NCBI GenBank assembly: GCA_012964205.1 | Contig: DTUI01000091.1 | Coordinates: forward strand, 1-53,752 | DNA length: 53,752 bases | DNA from: Candidatus Thioglobus sp. | Lineage (GTDB): Bacteria > Pseudomonadota > Gammaproteobacteria > PS1 > Pseudothioglobaceae | Direction of reading: 5' to 3' | In this document: in pieces, positions 44,320-53,752 of the stretch | How the letters are laid out: each line of letters begins with the position of its first letter | Position numbering within the stretch: the stretch's first letter is position 1 | The notes under the pieces: model-generated | Seen by the model: only the letters and a program-made list of their open reading frames with translations | The model's database searches: none | What the model was told of the DNA's origin: nothing | Program-made: the position numbers and the translations under genes

Positions 44320-45234
44320 ATGAATAAAACCCTAAAAATTGCAACACGAAAATCTCCACTGGCATTATGGCAAGCAGAACATGTAAAAGCTAGGCTAGAG
44401 GCGCTATATCCAGCACTAACTGTTGAATTAATTAAGATGACTACTAAGGGTGATCAGATTTTAAATTCACCTTTGTCAAAAATTGGTGGCAAAGGTTTGT
44501 TTATTAAAGAGTTGGAAGTTGGCATGATGGAAGGGGTGGCAGATATTGCTGTTCATTCGATGAAAGATGTGCCTTATGAAATTCCACCAGGCTTTGAATT
44601 AGGTGCAATTTTAGAGCGCGAAAACCCATTTGACGCGTTTGTATCTAATCAATACAATTCGATTGAAGACCTACCACAAGGTGCCAAAGTAGGCACCTGT
44701 TCAATGCGACGAATTGTTCAGTTAAAAGACAAGCGCCCTGACTTAGAGATCCTAGATTTACGTGGTAATGTGAACACAAGGCTTAAAAAATTGGATGATG
44801 GAGAGTTTGATGCTATTATTTTGGCGTGTGCAGGTCTGATTCGTTTGAAGTTTGAAGATCGTATTAAGCAAGAAATTCCAGCAATTGACTCTTTACCTGC
44901 AGTTGGACAAGGTGCTGTTGGTATTGAAATTCGTGAAAATGACACAGAAATTCTTGATTTAATCAAGCCACTGATTGATGAGCAAACAACTTATCGTGTT
45001 AGTAGTGAACGTGCTATGAATGCACGCCTAGAAGGCGGTTGTTCTGTACCAATTGCTGGTTATGCAACTATTAGTGGCGACCAAATCAACTTAACCGGTT
45101 TGGTAGGTAATGTTGAATCGGGTGTTATTTTGAAACATCAGGTTACTGGTCATGTGAGTGAGGCTGAATCTTTGGGTGTTTCTTTGGCTGACACATTAAT
45201 TGAGATGGGTGCCAAAGACATCTTAAAGGTTTAG
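44320..45234 (+). CDS. hemC: Hydroxymethylbilane synthase
   Basis: [40 protein letters not shown]. Confidence 0.98.
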   Translation: MNKTLKIATRKSPLALWQAEHVKARLEALYPALTVELIKMTTKGDQILNSPLSKIGGKGLFIKELEVGMMEGVADIAVHSMKDVPYEIPPGFELGAILERENPFDAFVSNQYNSIEDLPQGAKVGTCSMRRIVQLKDKRPDLEILDLRGNVNTRLKKLDDGEFDAIILACAGLIRLKFEDRIKQEIPAIDSLPAVGQGAVGIEIRENDTEILDLIKPLIDEQTTYRVSSERAMNARLEGGCSVPIAGYATISGDQINLTGLVGNVESGVILKHQVTGHVSEAESLGVSLADTLIEMGAKDILKV

Positions 45235-45237
45235 ATT

Positions 45238-45513
45238 ATGACTGAATTAGATATTTTAAGACAACTGCCAGATTGGTCAATTGTTGATCAAAAATTACAT
45301 AGAGAGTTTGAATTTAAAGATTTTATTCAAGCCTTTGGTTTTATGGCACAAGCGGCGATAATTTCTGAAAAAATGAATCATCATCCAGAATGGTCAAATG
45401 TTTATAAAATTGTTGTTGTCGAATTAACAACACATTCTAAAGGTCGTATTAGTTCTTTGGATATTGAGCTAGCCACCCAAATGAATAAGATTTTTGAACA
45501 GCTATCTAAATAA
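45238..45513 (+). CDS. Pterin-4-alpha-carbinolamine dehydratase
   Basis: FKDFIQAFGFM, EKMNHHPEWSNVY, LTTH..LD motifs. Confidence 0.9.
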   Translation: MTELDILRQLPDWSIVDQKLHREFEFKDFIQAFGFMAQAAIISEKMNHHPEWSNVYKIVVVELTTHSKGRISSLDIELATQMNKIFEQLSK

Positions 45514-45524
45514 AGGAAATTCCC

Positions 45525-46202
45525 ATGTTGAAATTTATTGAAAATAACTTCTTTTTGATTGTGCAGCGTATTGGATTTTTGTTTGCACTAATGTCATTGG
45601 CATTGATTGTGTTTCTGGGTATGTTTGCCTATGAAAAAATCTCCAGTAGGGCAACTGATGTCATTAGCGCACCTATCATCAAACTGGCTGATTATCAAAA
45701 TCCAATTAGTTTACAAAACAACGTTGAATTATCCAATGTCGAGTTTGATAATGTTCAGTTTGAAACTCAGTTAGCTTTTAGTAAAGAGTTCGATGAGCAG
45801 GTTGATCTAATTATCTCTATTTTTCAAAAATTACCTGAAGGTGTGGTGAGTCAAAATGATTTACAATTTAAGATTAAGGTGATGATTAAGATTAAAACTG
45901 ATGTTTATTCGTCAGAGTTAAAACTTTATTACGCTCAATCTTTAGCAAAACTTGCTCAGCAGTTGGTTAATGTAGGCGGTGATCAAATCAATATTGATGA
46001 ATTCTTACAGTGGCATGATCAACAGTTTGCATATCAGGTTAATCTTCAAACTCAGCAAAACCTTATGAAAATTGGTTCTGCAAGAGCTGATCAACTAACA
46101 GGTTTTATTTCTTTAGGTATGGCAATGGCAGCGCTTGGATTTTTTATCATGTTTGTAATGATGTTGGCTATGTTGCGTATTGAAAGAAATACAAGACGAT
46201 AG
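45525..46202 (+). CDS. Hypothetical membrane protein (two TM helices flanking a soluble domain)
   Basis: Hydrophobic N- and C-terminal segments; AAGGA Shine-Dalgarno. Confidence 0.75.
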   Translation: MLKFIENNFFLIVQRIGFLFALMSLALIVFLGMFAYEKISSRATDVISAPIIKLADYQNPISLQNNVELSNVEFDNVQFETQLAFSKEFDEQVDLIISIFQKLPEGVVSQNDLQFKIKVMIKIKTDVYSSELKLYYAQSLAKLAQQLVNVGGDQINIDEFLQWHDQQFAYQVNLQTQQNLMKIGSARADQLTGFISLGMAMAALGFFIMFVMMLAMLRIERNTRR

Positions 46203-46207
46203 TAACC

Positions 46208-47188
46208 ATGCAGGCAATTGGATTTAATGGCCAAGAATTTATTAAATTTGATAAAGATTTAAACACATTTCAATCTCACGACTTATTGATTGAGGTTAAA
46301 GCAATTTCTATCAATCCTATTGATAGCAAGGTTAAACAGTCAGTTTCTAAAGATAGTGCGCCTAAAATTTTAGGCTATGATGGTGCAGGTGTTGTTTTGT
46401 CTGTGGGCGATCAAGTGTCTGAATTTAAGGTTGGTGATGAGGTGTTTTACGCAGGTGATATAACGCGCGATGGATCTAACTCAAGTCAGCAATTGGTTGA
46501 TGGGCGACTTGTTGGCATAAAACCTAGCTCACTAAGTTTTGCACAGGCAGCTGCTTTACCGCTCACGAGTATCACCGCGTGGGAGTCTTTATTTGATCGT
46601 TTAAAAATAAGAAAACAAGATAAAAACAAAACATTGTTATTGATTGGTGCAGCGGGTGGTGTTGGCTCTATGGCAATACAATTTGCTAAGAAAATTATCG
46701 GTATGAATGTGATCGCTACTGCTTCTAGAGAGGTTTCAAAGCATTGGTGTTCTGAGCTGGGCGCAGATATTGTACTTGATCACCATGATCTGGCTAATCA
46801 ATTCAACCAACAAAATCTTGATGCGCCAGATTTTATCTTGTGCATGGGTAGTCCTGATGAATATTTAGCGCAAATGACTGAAGTGATCAACCCGCAAGGT
46901 AGTATTTGTTTATTGGTAAATACTGCAAATGATTTAGACATCAATCCACTAAAAGCAAAAAGCATCACTCTAGTTTGGGAGATGATGTTTACTCGCTCTA
47001 TGTATCAAACTAAAGATATGGCTCAGCAGGGTCAGCTACTTAATAAAGTTTCTAAATTGGTTGATAATGACAAGATTAAAGCTATGGTAACTCAAAGCCT
47101 AAGTCCGATTAATGTTGAAAATATTACCAAAGCCCACACTCTGATTGAGCAAGGAAATATGATCGGTAAATTAGTGCTAACTAATTAA
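46208..47188 (+). CDS. MDR-family (zinc-type ADH-like/quinone) oxidoreductase
   Basis: ISINPID, LGYDGAG, AAALPLTSITAWE, GAAGGVGS, WEMMFTRS. Confidence 0.9.
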   Translation: MQAIGFNGQEFIKFDKDLNTFQSHDLLIEVKAISINPIDSKVKQSVSKDSAPKILGYDGAGVVLSVGDQVSEFKVGDEVFYAGDITRDGSNSSQQLVDGRLVGIKPSSLSFAQAAALPLTSITAWESLFDRLKIRKQDKNKTLLLIGAAGGVGSMAIQFAKKIIGMNVIATASREVSKHWCSELGADIVLDHHDLANQFNQQNLDAPDFILCMGSPDEYLAQMTEVINPQGSICLLVNTANDLDINPLKAKSITLVWEMMFTRSMYQTKDMAQQGQLLNKVSKLVDNDKIKAMVTQSLSPINVENITKAHTLIEQGNMIGKLVLTN

Positions 47189-48125
47189 ATAAGGCGTCAA
47201 CAAACTCATTAGCTTTGAACGGCTTAAGGTCATCAATACCTTCTCCCACACCAATAAAACGAATTGGTAATTTTAACTCATCAGAAATAGCAAACAACAC
47301 ACCACCTTTGGCGGTGCCATCCAGTTTGCTAATGCTTAATCCCGTCAGTTCAACACTCTTATTAAACTCTTTGGCTTGATTGATCGCATTTTGTCCAGCA
47401 CCACCATCAATAACCAACATAACCTCATGAGGGGCGAAGTCGTTTTGTTTGGAAATGACGCGCTTAATTTTTTCTAACTCCTGCATAAGGTTGCTTTGTG
47501 TGTGCAATCTTCCGGCGGTATCAGCAATCAAAATATCAATATTTTTAGCTTGCGCAGATTGATAAGCATCAAAAATAACCGAAGCAGAATCTGCACCGGT
47601 ATCTTGTGCAACTACAGGAATGTTGTTACGTTCACCCCAAACTTTAAGCTGATCTACTGCTGCTGCTCTAAAGGTATCACCTGCAGCTAACATGACAGAC
47701 TTTCCTTCATCTTGAAAGCGCTTAGCAAGCTTGCCGATAGTGGTGGTTTTTCCAGCACCATTGACACCAACTACCAAGATCACAAAAGTTTCATCAAGGT
47801 CGGTATTAAGCTGACTGTCTTCAACCAGCAGGCTGGCTAATTCTGATTTTAAAAAATCATAAACCCCATCTGAATCTTTAAGGATTTTACGTGAGGCATT
47901 TTTTCTAACTGATTCGAGTACTTTGTCAGTAGTGTTAATACCGATGTCAGCCGTAATCAGCAACATTTCTAGCTCATCAAGCAAATCATCGTTGATGCTT
48001 TTTTTGCCTAATAATAATGAGGCCAACCCAGAGCCGAGTTTTTGCCTAGATTTAATTAGGCGCTGCTTAAGTGTTTGTGGCTTTTCACTCTCAGTGGATT
48101 TATCTTTTTTAAAAAAACTAAACAA
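47181..48125 (-). CDS. ftsY: SRP receptor FtsY (short form, NG domain only)
   Basis: GVNGAGKTT, DTFRAAA, DTAGRL, KLDGTAKGG; TTG start. Confidence 0.96.
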   Translation of the reverse strand: MFSFFKKDKSTESEKPQTLKQRLIKSRQKLGSGLASLLLGKKSINDDLLDELEMLLITADIGINTTDKVLESVRKNASRKILKDSDGVYDFLKSELASLLVEDSQLNTDLDETFVILVVGVNGAGKTTTIGKLAKRFQDEGKSVMLAAGDTFRAAAVDQLKVWGERNNIPVVAQDTGADSASVIFDAYQSAQAKNIDILIADTAGRLHTQSNLMQELEKIKRVISKQNDFAPHEVMLVIDGGAGQNAINQAKEFNKSVELTGLSISKLDGTAKGGVLFAISDELKLPIRFIGVGEGIDDLKPFKANEFVDALFN

Positions 48126-48150
48126 GGCTTCTCGCTATAATGGGTGAAAT

Positions 48151-49494
48151 ATGAAAGCATTAATTTTACTAGCCTTTTTTTTCACCACTCAAGCATTTTC
48201 CAACTCTGTTGAAGGTAATGTTATAGATAAGGCTAATAGTCAAATTACACAAACAACGCTAGATAATGGTCTAAAAATAATTATTAAGATTGATCATCGA
48301 GCGCCAGTATTTATCTCTCAACTTTGGTATCGTGTTGGTGCTAGTGATGAAAAGCGCCCATTAACAGGCATCTCACATATGCTTGAGCATATGATGTTTA
48401 AAGGCACGCAAGCATATAAAGTAGGCGAGTTTTCTCGTATTATTGCTAAAAATGGCGGGAAAGATAACGCCTTTACCTCTAAAGATTACACTGCTTATTA
48501 TCAAAAAATGCACATTTCTAAGTTGGAACTAGCCATTAAGATGGAAGCAGATCGTATGCGTAATCTGACATTTTCAGTGCGTGAGTTAGATAAGGAAAGA
48601 AAGGTGGTGCTGGAAGAAAGACGCATGCGTGTAGATGACAATCCAAATGCTAAGGTATATGAAAACCTACGCTTAATTTCTTTTGCTGATGAGGGTGCTT
48701 ATCATGCACCAGTGATTGGATTTCAAGAAGATATTGAAGCATATCAACTACGAGATTTACGCCAGTGGTATGAGCGTTTTTATGCACCAAATAATGCCAC
48801 ATTAGTGGTGGTTGGTGATGTTGATGCACAAAAAGTAATCACCTTAGTTAAACAATATTTTGGCAGTTATACTGCGAATAATAAGATTAGCAATCTTGAA
48901 GATTCACCTTCTATTGCACAATATCAGCAAACTCGAAGTTTGAAGCTTAAAGCGGAATTACCACTGAGTGTATTTGCATTTCATGTGCCCAGTTTAAAAA
49001 CTGCAACCAATAAAGCACAAGCCTATCAGTTAGAAATGTTGGCTTATGTGTTAGATAATGGCTTGTCTAAAAATCTCATTAGAAATGAGAAAATTGCCTC
49101 AGCTATTGGTGTTGGGTATCGTTTATATGATAAGCACAATACATTATTTAGCTTGAGTTTTGTGCCAGCTGATGGCATTGACAATCAAGTTGTAATTGAT
49201 GCTATTAAAGCTCAAGTGGATGAAATGATTAATCATCCTGAACTATTACAAGGTGAATTGGATCGTACCAAAGCGCAATTAGAAGCAAGTTTTATTTTTG
49301 AACAAGATCAGATTTCTACACAATCTTATTATCTAGGTATGCTAAGTACAGTTGGTCTTGGTGCTGATAAAATGTTTGAATATGTAGATAAAATGAACAA
49401 AATTAGTGCTAAAGATTTGTCAATTGTTGCTAAGATGTATTTAGATTTTTCACAAGTTAACACCGTAGAACTTATTCCTCAAGGTATGCAATGA
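48151..49494 (+). CDS. M16 family zinc peptidase, catalytic subunit
   Basis: Signal peptide, HMLEH (HxxEH), NAFTS, EERRMR. Confidence 0.92.
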   Translation: MKALILLAFFFTTQAFSNSVEGNVIDKANSQITQTTLDNGLKIIIKIDHRAPVFISQLWYRVGASDEKRPLTGISHMLEHMMFKGTQAYKVGEFSRIIAKNGGKDNAFTSKDYTAYYQKMHISKLELAIKMEADRMRNLTFSVRELDKERKVVLEERRMRVDDNPNAKVYENLRLISFADEGAYHAPVIGFQEDIEAYQLRDLRQWYERFYAPNNATLVVVGDVDAQKVITLVKQYFGSYTANNKISNLEDSPSIAQYQQTRSLKLKAELPLSVFAFHVPSLKTATNKAQAYQLEMLAYVLDNGLSKNLIRNEKIASAIGVGYRLYDKHNTLFSLSFVPADGIDNQVVIDAIKAQVDEMINHPELLQGELDRTKAQLEASFIFEQDQISTQSYYLGMLSTVGLGADKMFEYVDKMNKISAKDLSIVAKMYLDFSQVNTVELIPQGMQ

Positions 49495-50789
49495 AGATTT
49501 TATGGCTATTAGCATTGCTAACAACTCATGTGTTTGCAGAGCAAACACAGCTTGTTATTGAGCGTTGGAAAACGCCCGAAGGAGCGATGGTGTTATTTAC
49601 ACAAGCCAAAGGCTTGCCTATGTTGGATATTGCGCTAAATTTTGATGCTGCAAGCTCAAGAGATGCAGATAAATACGGCTTGGCTACGTTAACCAATATA
49701 TTGATTGGTAGTGCCAGCAAATATCATAATGAAGAGCAAATCATTAATCAGTTTGAATCACTAGGTAGTGAGTTTTCTACAAATTCCCTTAAAGATATGG
49801 CGATTGTATCAATGCGCAGTTTGACGCGAGAGTCTATCTTGCGCCAATCGTTAGAGATGTTTCGCGAAGTCATTAGTGAGCCTGAATTTAAACAAGCTTT
49901 GTTAACACGTGAAAGAAAACAATTGATTCGCTCTATAAGAGCCTCAAAGCAATATCCTGGACGTGTTGCAGCGCTAAAATTTGATCAATTGGTGTTTGCT
50001 GATCATGCTTATGCACAGCCAAAAAATGGCACCAAGGAAAGTCTTGAGGCTATTCAGCTGAAAGACTTAACCGAGTTTTACCAGCAATATTATGTTGCAA
50101 ATAATCTTACCATTGCCATGGTGGGTGATATTACTAAAGCTAAAGCAAAGCAAATTGCCAGGCAGCTTTCACATGGTTTAAATACTGGCAAGAAAGCTAA
50201 AGATAATCCAATTGTTGTACCAACAGTGGTATCGATTACTGAACATATTGAGTTTCCTTCTAAGCAAACGCATTTGCTCATTGGTCAAAGTGGCATTAAC
50301 CGCACACATGCTGATTATTACCCGTTATATTTGGGTAATCATATCCTTGGTGGTAGCGGTCTAAGTTCAGTATTAAGTGAGCAGGTGCGTGAGCAACGAG
50401 GACTGGCATATTCAGTGGTAAGTTATTTCACCAAGATGAAATCGAACGGACTATTTTTGATTAAACTTCAAACTAAGAATTCACAAACACAACAGGCTAA
50501 ACAAGTAGTATTAAAAACGCTGGAAAGATTCATAAAATCCCCAATTGACGCGCAATTGTTACAAGATGGTAAGGATAATATTATTGGTGGATTTTCACTA
50601 GAGACTTCTAGCAATGCTAATATTCTAACTTATTTGTCAATCATAGGGTTTTATGAACTTCCGGGTGATTATTTAAGTGGTTTTACCCAAAAAATTAATG
50701 CTATTAGTGCGGCAGATGTACAAGCTGCTTTTTATCGACTTATAAAGATAGATAAACTGATCGTGTTAAGTGTCGGTCGTACAATTTAA
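49491..50789 (+). CDS. M16 family peptidase, non-catalytic partner subunit
   Basis: No HxxEH; ILGGSG..VREQRGLAYSV motif; ATGA-coupled to the upstream gene. Confidence 0.88.
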   Translation: MKILWLLALLTTHVFAEQTQLVIERWKTPEGAMVLFTQAKGLPMLDIALNFDAASSRDADKYGLATLTNILIGSASKYHNEEQIINQFESLGSEFSTNSLKDMAIVSMRSLTRESILRQSLEMFREVISEPEFKQALLTRERKQLIRSIRASKQYPGRVAALKFDQLVFADHAYAQPKNGTKESLEAIQLKDLTEFYQQYYVANNLTIAMVGDITKAKAKQIARQLSHGLNTGKKAKDNPIVVPTVVSITEHIEFPSKQTHLLIGQSGINRTHADYYPLYLGNHILGGSGLSSVLSEQVREQRGLAYSVVSYFTKMKSNGLFLIKLQTKNSQTQQAKQVVLKTLERFIKSPIDAQLLQDGKDNIIGGFSLETSSNANILTYLSIIGFYELPGDYLSGFTQKINAISAADVQAAFYRLIKIDKLIVLSVGRTI

Positions 50790-50815
50790 ATATTTACACA
50801 TACTATAATAATCAG

Positions 50816-52546
50816 ATGTTAAGTTATCGCCTCTTAAGAAATACACTACTTATTTTGTGCCTAAATTTTATATCATTGGCGGCAATATCTGAAAATAACA
50901 AGCAGATCATTATTGCGGTGCAGTCATTTTTAGGTCCTGATATAGCTACTAAAAAATGGCAGCCAATGATTGATAGCTTAAATCATCAATTCAATGATTA
51001 CGATTTTAAGTTGACAATAATAGAGGCGACCAATACATCTTTGTTGCGGGAACTGGTTTCAGAAAACAAGCTTGATTATGTGATTACCCAACCAGTTGCA
51101 ACAGCTGAACTGGAAAAATTGAGTGGTATAGCGCCTTTGCTGACAAAGGTAGATAAGCTTGGAGTTTCACAGTTCGGTTCGGTAATTTTTACATTAGCAT
51201 CTAATGCTAATACTAATTCTTCAAGCGACCTTAAAGGTAAGTCGTTTGCAGGTGCAAACCCTGTTGGATTAGGTGGATGGATTCTGGGCTATGATTATTT
51301 ACTAAAACAAGGTGTTGACCCTTATTCTGATTTTTCTCGGATTGACTTCTTAGGAAGGCAGGATAATATTGTTAAAGCTGTTAACCAGCAACTAGTACAT
51401 GCGGGTCTAGTTCGTACAGGTGTTTTAGAAAAAATGAATAAAAATGGTGCAATCAAACTATCTGATTTTAAAATTTTAGATCTTAAGCCTGAATTTCCTT
51501 ATCTATTAAGCACCCATTTAGTACCAGAGTGGTCATTTTCTGCAAACAAAAATACAAATCTTGAATTATCAGAGAAAATTGTAAGATTTTTCATGTCACC
51601 AAATTATTTTCGCAATGGTAATACATCTGTAAATTTACCTTTATGGGGCGAGGTTGCAGATTATAAAATTATTCATCGATTATTAAAAAAGCACAAACTT
51701 AGTATTTATCAAGATCCTTTTTATCTTAAGTTTTATCGTGAGAACTCTATTGCTATTATTATCACTATACTTTTATCTGCATATCTATTTCAGGTAATTC
51801 GTAATCGTAAAAAAATTGAGATTCAGCAATATAAGATGCAGCTCGAGCAGCTTTCACGAGTGAACTCAGTTGATCGGCTACTTTCTGAAGTAACACACGA
51901 ATTAGCCCAGCCTATTACCTCAATTAAAATCGATGCGCATATTCTTAGCAAAATGCTGGAAGATGGCGATAAATGCGATTTTGATCAAGTTAGAACCACT
52001 TCTCATGAATTACAATTGAAAACAGACCATTGTGTTAATTTATTGACTAATATACGTAGTTTTTTATCAAATAAAAAAATTACTAAAGAGAGGTTTATCG
52101 CCAATAAAAATATTATAAAAATCACCAAGATGCTCAAACAAGATCTTATTAGGAATGACATTAATTTAGAGCTGTTTTTAGACGATAATCTTAAATTTAT
52201 TGAGATGAGCCCTATTGAGCTTGATCAAGTGTTGTTGAATTTGGTCAAAAACTCTATTAATGCCATGGTTAATAATGCTAAACAAGTTAACTCTTTAAGT
52301 ATCAGATCTACATTTTCACTTAATAAAATTAGTATATTGATTATTGATACGGGTGGCAAGATCAATAATATTGATGACTTGTTTGTATTGTTTAAGAGCA
52401 GCAAAGAAAAAACCGATACTGAAGGTCTAGGCATTGGGTTAAATTTATCTAGACGCATTATTAGATCATATGGTGGAACTTTAACTCTTAATTCAACTTC
52501 GAATAAAGGTAGTTCATTTCTAATCACTCTTCCCATGGCAACTTAA
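50816..52546 (+). CDS. Sensor histidine kinase with PhnD-like periplasmic binding domain (TtrS/ThsS-like)
   Basis: Periplasmic WQPMIDSL..DLKGK..GGW..AGLVRTGVLE..PEWSF; one TM; H-box HELAQP; N-box QVLLNLVKNS; G2 GLGIGL. Confidence 0.85.
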   Translation: MLSYRLLRNTLLILCLNFISLAAISENNKQIIIAVQSFLGPDIATKKWQPMIDSLNHQFNDYDFKLTIIEATNTSLLRELVSENKLDYVITQPVATAELEKLSGIAPLLTKVDKLGVSQFGSVIFTLASNANTNSSSDLKGKSFAGANPVGLGGWILGYDYLLKQGVDPYSDFSRIDFLGRQDNIVKAVNQQLVHAGLVRTGVLEKMNKNGAIKLSDFKILDLKPEFPYLLSTHLVPEWSFSANKNTNLELSEKIVRFFMSPNYFRNGNTSVNLPLWGEVADYKIIHRLLKKHKLSIYQDPFYLKFYRENSIAIIITILLSAYLFQVIRNRKKIEIQQYKMQLEQLSRVNSVDRLLSEVTHELAQPITSIKIDAHILSKMLEDGDKCDFDQVRTTSHELQLKTDHCVNLLTNIRSFLSNKKITKERFIANKNIIKITKMLKQDLIRNDINLELFLDDNLKFIEMSPIELDQVLLNLVKNSINAMVNNAKQVNSLSIRSTFSLNKISILIIDTGGKINNIDDLFVLFKSSKEKTDTEGLGIGLNLSRRIIRSYGGTLTLNSTSNKGSSFLITLPMAT

Positions 52547-52548
52547 AG

Positions 52549-53145
52549 ATGAAAAATAACCCTTTACATGTTTTTATTGTGGATGATGATAAAAAAGTTT
52601 GTGACTCCTTGTCTAATTTTTTTAAACTTCATGATTTTGAGGTAAACACGTATACAAGTGCACAAAGCTATTTAGACGATCTGGATCGGAACTATATGGG
52701 CTGTTTAGTTTCTGACATTGATATGGAAGATATGACTGGCTTAGAATTACAGGATAGTCTTAATAAGATTGGATGTATCCGACCTACTATTTTTATTACC
52801 GGGCATGCTAATGTTAATATTGCAGTTGAGGCTATGAAGCTTGGTGCACTTGATTTTTTTGAAAAACCTTTTGACCCAGATCTATTGCTAACTAAAGTAA
52901 CCGATGCTATAAATCTATTTTCAGAAAAAATCTTTATTCTAGGGTGTTATAACTTACTAACTCAGAAAGAAATCGAGGTGTTTAAGCTTGTGATTTCGGG
53001 TGATAAAAATCGCAGCATTGCTGATAAATTATTTATTTCTATTCCAACAGTTGAAGCGCACAGATCTAAAGTGATGAAAAAAATGAAAGTTAAATCGGTA
53101 GCTGAACTGGTTAGATTATCAACTTTATTAAATAATAATGGTTGA
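52549..53145 (+). CDS. FixJ/TtrR-family response regulator (REC plus LuxR HTH)
   Basis: IVDDD, phosphoacceptor SDIDM, ITGH, EKPF; LTQKEIEV..TVEAHRSKVMKK. Confidence 0.92.
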   Translation: MKNNPLHVFIVDDDKKVCDSLSNFFKLHDFEVNTYTSAQSYLDDLDRNYMGCLVSDIDMEDMTGLELQDSLNKIGCIRPTIFITGHANVNIAVEAMKLGALDFFEKPFDPDLLLTKVTDAINLFSEKIFILGCYNLLTQKEIEVFKLVISGDKNRSIADKLFISIPTVEAHRSKVMKKMKVKSVAELVRLSTLLNNNG

Positions 53146-53165
53146 TATTGAATTTTATATTTACT

Positions 53166-53531
53166 ATGAATGAAATGAAGTTGCTTTTTTCTTATGGAAC
53201 CTTGCAAGATGTACAAGTTCAAATTGAAACGTTTGGGCGTGAATTAACTGGTGCTAGCGAGGTGTTATTAGGCTATCAATTAGAGCTTGTTAAGATAGAA
53301 GACGAAGCGGTTGTTAAGCTAAGTGGAAAAACCCATCACCCAATCGCCATCCTTGGTAATAAAACCAGTGAAATAAAAGGCATGGTGTTTGAAATTACCG
53401 CTGAAGAATTAGCTCATTCAGATCAATATGAAGTTGATGCTTATCAGCGCGTTCTGGGTAAGATGCAATCAGGTATTGAAGCTTGGGTGTATGTCAGTGC
53501 TAGTGATAACACCAGCACTGATAAAACTTAA
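53166..53531 (+). CDS. Gamma-glutamylcyclotransferase (AIG2-like) family protein
   Basis: LFSYGTL, DQYE..Y, AWVYV; start is ATG 53166 or 53175. Confidence 0.85.
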   Translation: MNEMKLLFSYGTLQDVQVQIETFGRELTGASEVLLGYQLELVKIEDEAVVKLSGKTHHPIAILGNKTSEIKGMVFEITAEELAHSDQYEVDAYQRVLGKMQSGIEAWVYVSASDNTSTDKT

Positions 53532-53752
53532 TTAGTCTTGGATATTTTTACCAATATTAATCAAGAAAGAAGCGAATGGTCCCATGTTATCCATGGCTTC
53601 GCCCATTGGACCTTCAAAAGACAAACCGCCAAAGGTCATGTGGTACATAGGGCCAGATTCTCCAGTCCCCATTGATGCCCAGTCTTCCATTGAGGCGATC
53701 ATTTTGTAATCTACATTAGAGTCTAATTTAGAAGTTTTAGCATTATCAAATG
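53532..53752 (-). CDS. SCP2 sterol-binding-domain-like protein, C-terminal part (5' end outside window)
   Basis: Open minus frame FDNAKTSKLDSNVDYKMIASMEDWASMGTGESGPMYHMTFGGLSFEGPMGEAMDNMGPFASFLINIGKNIQD*; pattern resembles the SCP2 C-terminus. Not in the ORF track. Confidence 0.65.
   Translation of the reverse strand, partial: FDNAKTSKLDSNVDYKMIASMEDWASMGTGESGPMYHMTFGGLSFEGPMGEAMDNMGPFASFLINIGKNIQD

Noticed and set aside
44289-44321. ORF-track start of the thioredoxin at 44321
   Set aside because: Overlaps the hemC start; ATG 44288 gives a clean signal peptide.

Overview
AT-rich gammaproteobacterial chromosome segment that is mostly core genome. Gene content and order (rpoBC-trpE-soxXYZAK-dnaE) fit a marine sulfur oxidiser of the SUP05/Thioglobaceae type; this is inferred, not searched. 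It opens with the tuf end, tRNA-Trp, secE-nusG-rplKAJL-rpoBC (with L1 and L10 leaders), trpE and a soxXYZAK operon without soxB/soxCD. Then come dnaE, comEC, coaBC, ribD, recA-recX, an Atm1-type ABC transporter, tgt, mreBCD-mrdA, class I fumarase, RNase P RNA, prmC, a periplasmic rhodanese, a lone rnfE and clpB (sigma32 promoter). The last part holds trmL, fmt, argH, a SoxW-like thioredoxin, hemC, a pterin dehydratase, ftsY, an M16 peptidase pair, a TtrS/ThsS-like two-component system, a gamma-glutamylcyclotransferase and the 3' end of an SCP2-like gene. I saw no mobile elements, prophage or CRISPR. The best leads are: (1) a repeated '-10 hexamer 6-9 bp before ATG, no Shine-Dalgarno' pattern suggesting many leaderless mRNAs; (2) a DnaA-box cluster plus IHF site resembling a DARS element between comEC and coaBC; (3) a candidate thiosulfate/tetrathionate sensor; and (4) several uncharacterised possible sulfur-handling genes embedded in housekeeping operons. 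All product calls rest on motif recognition by eye.
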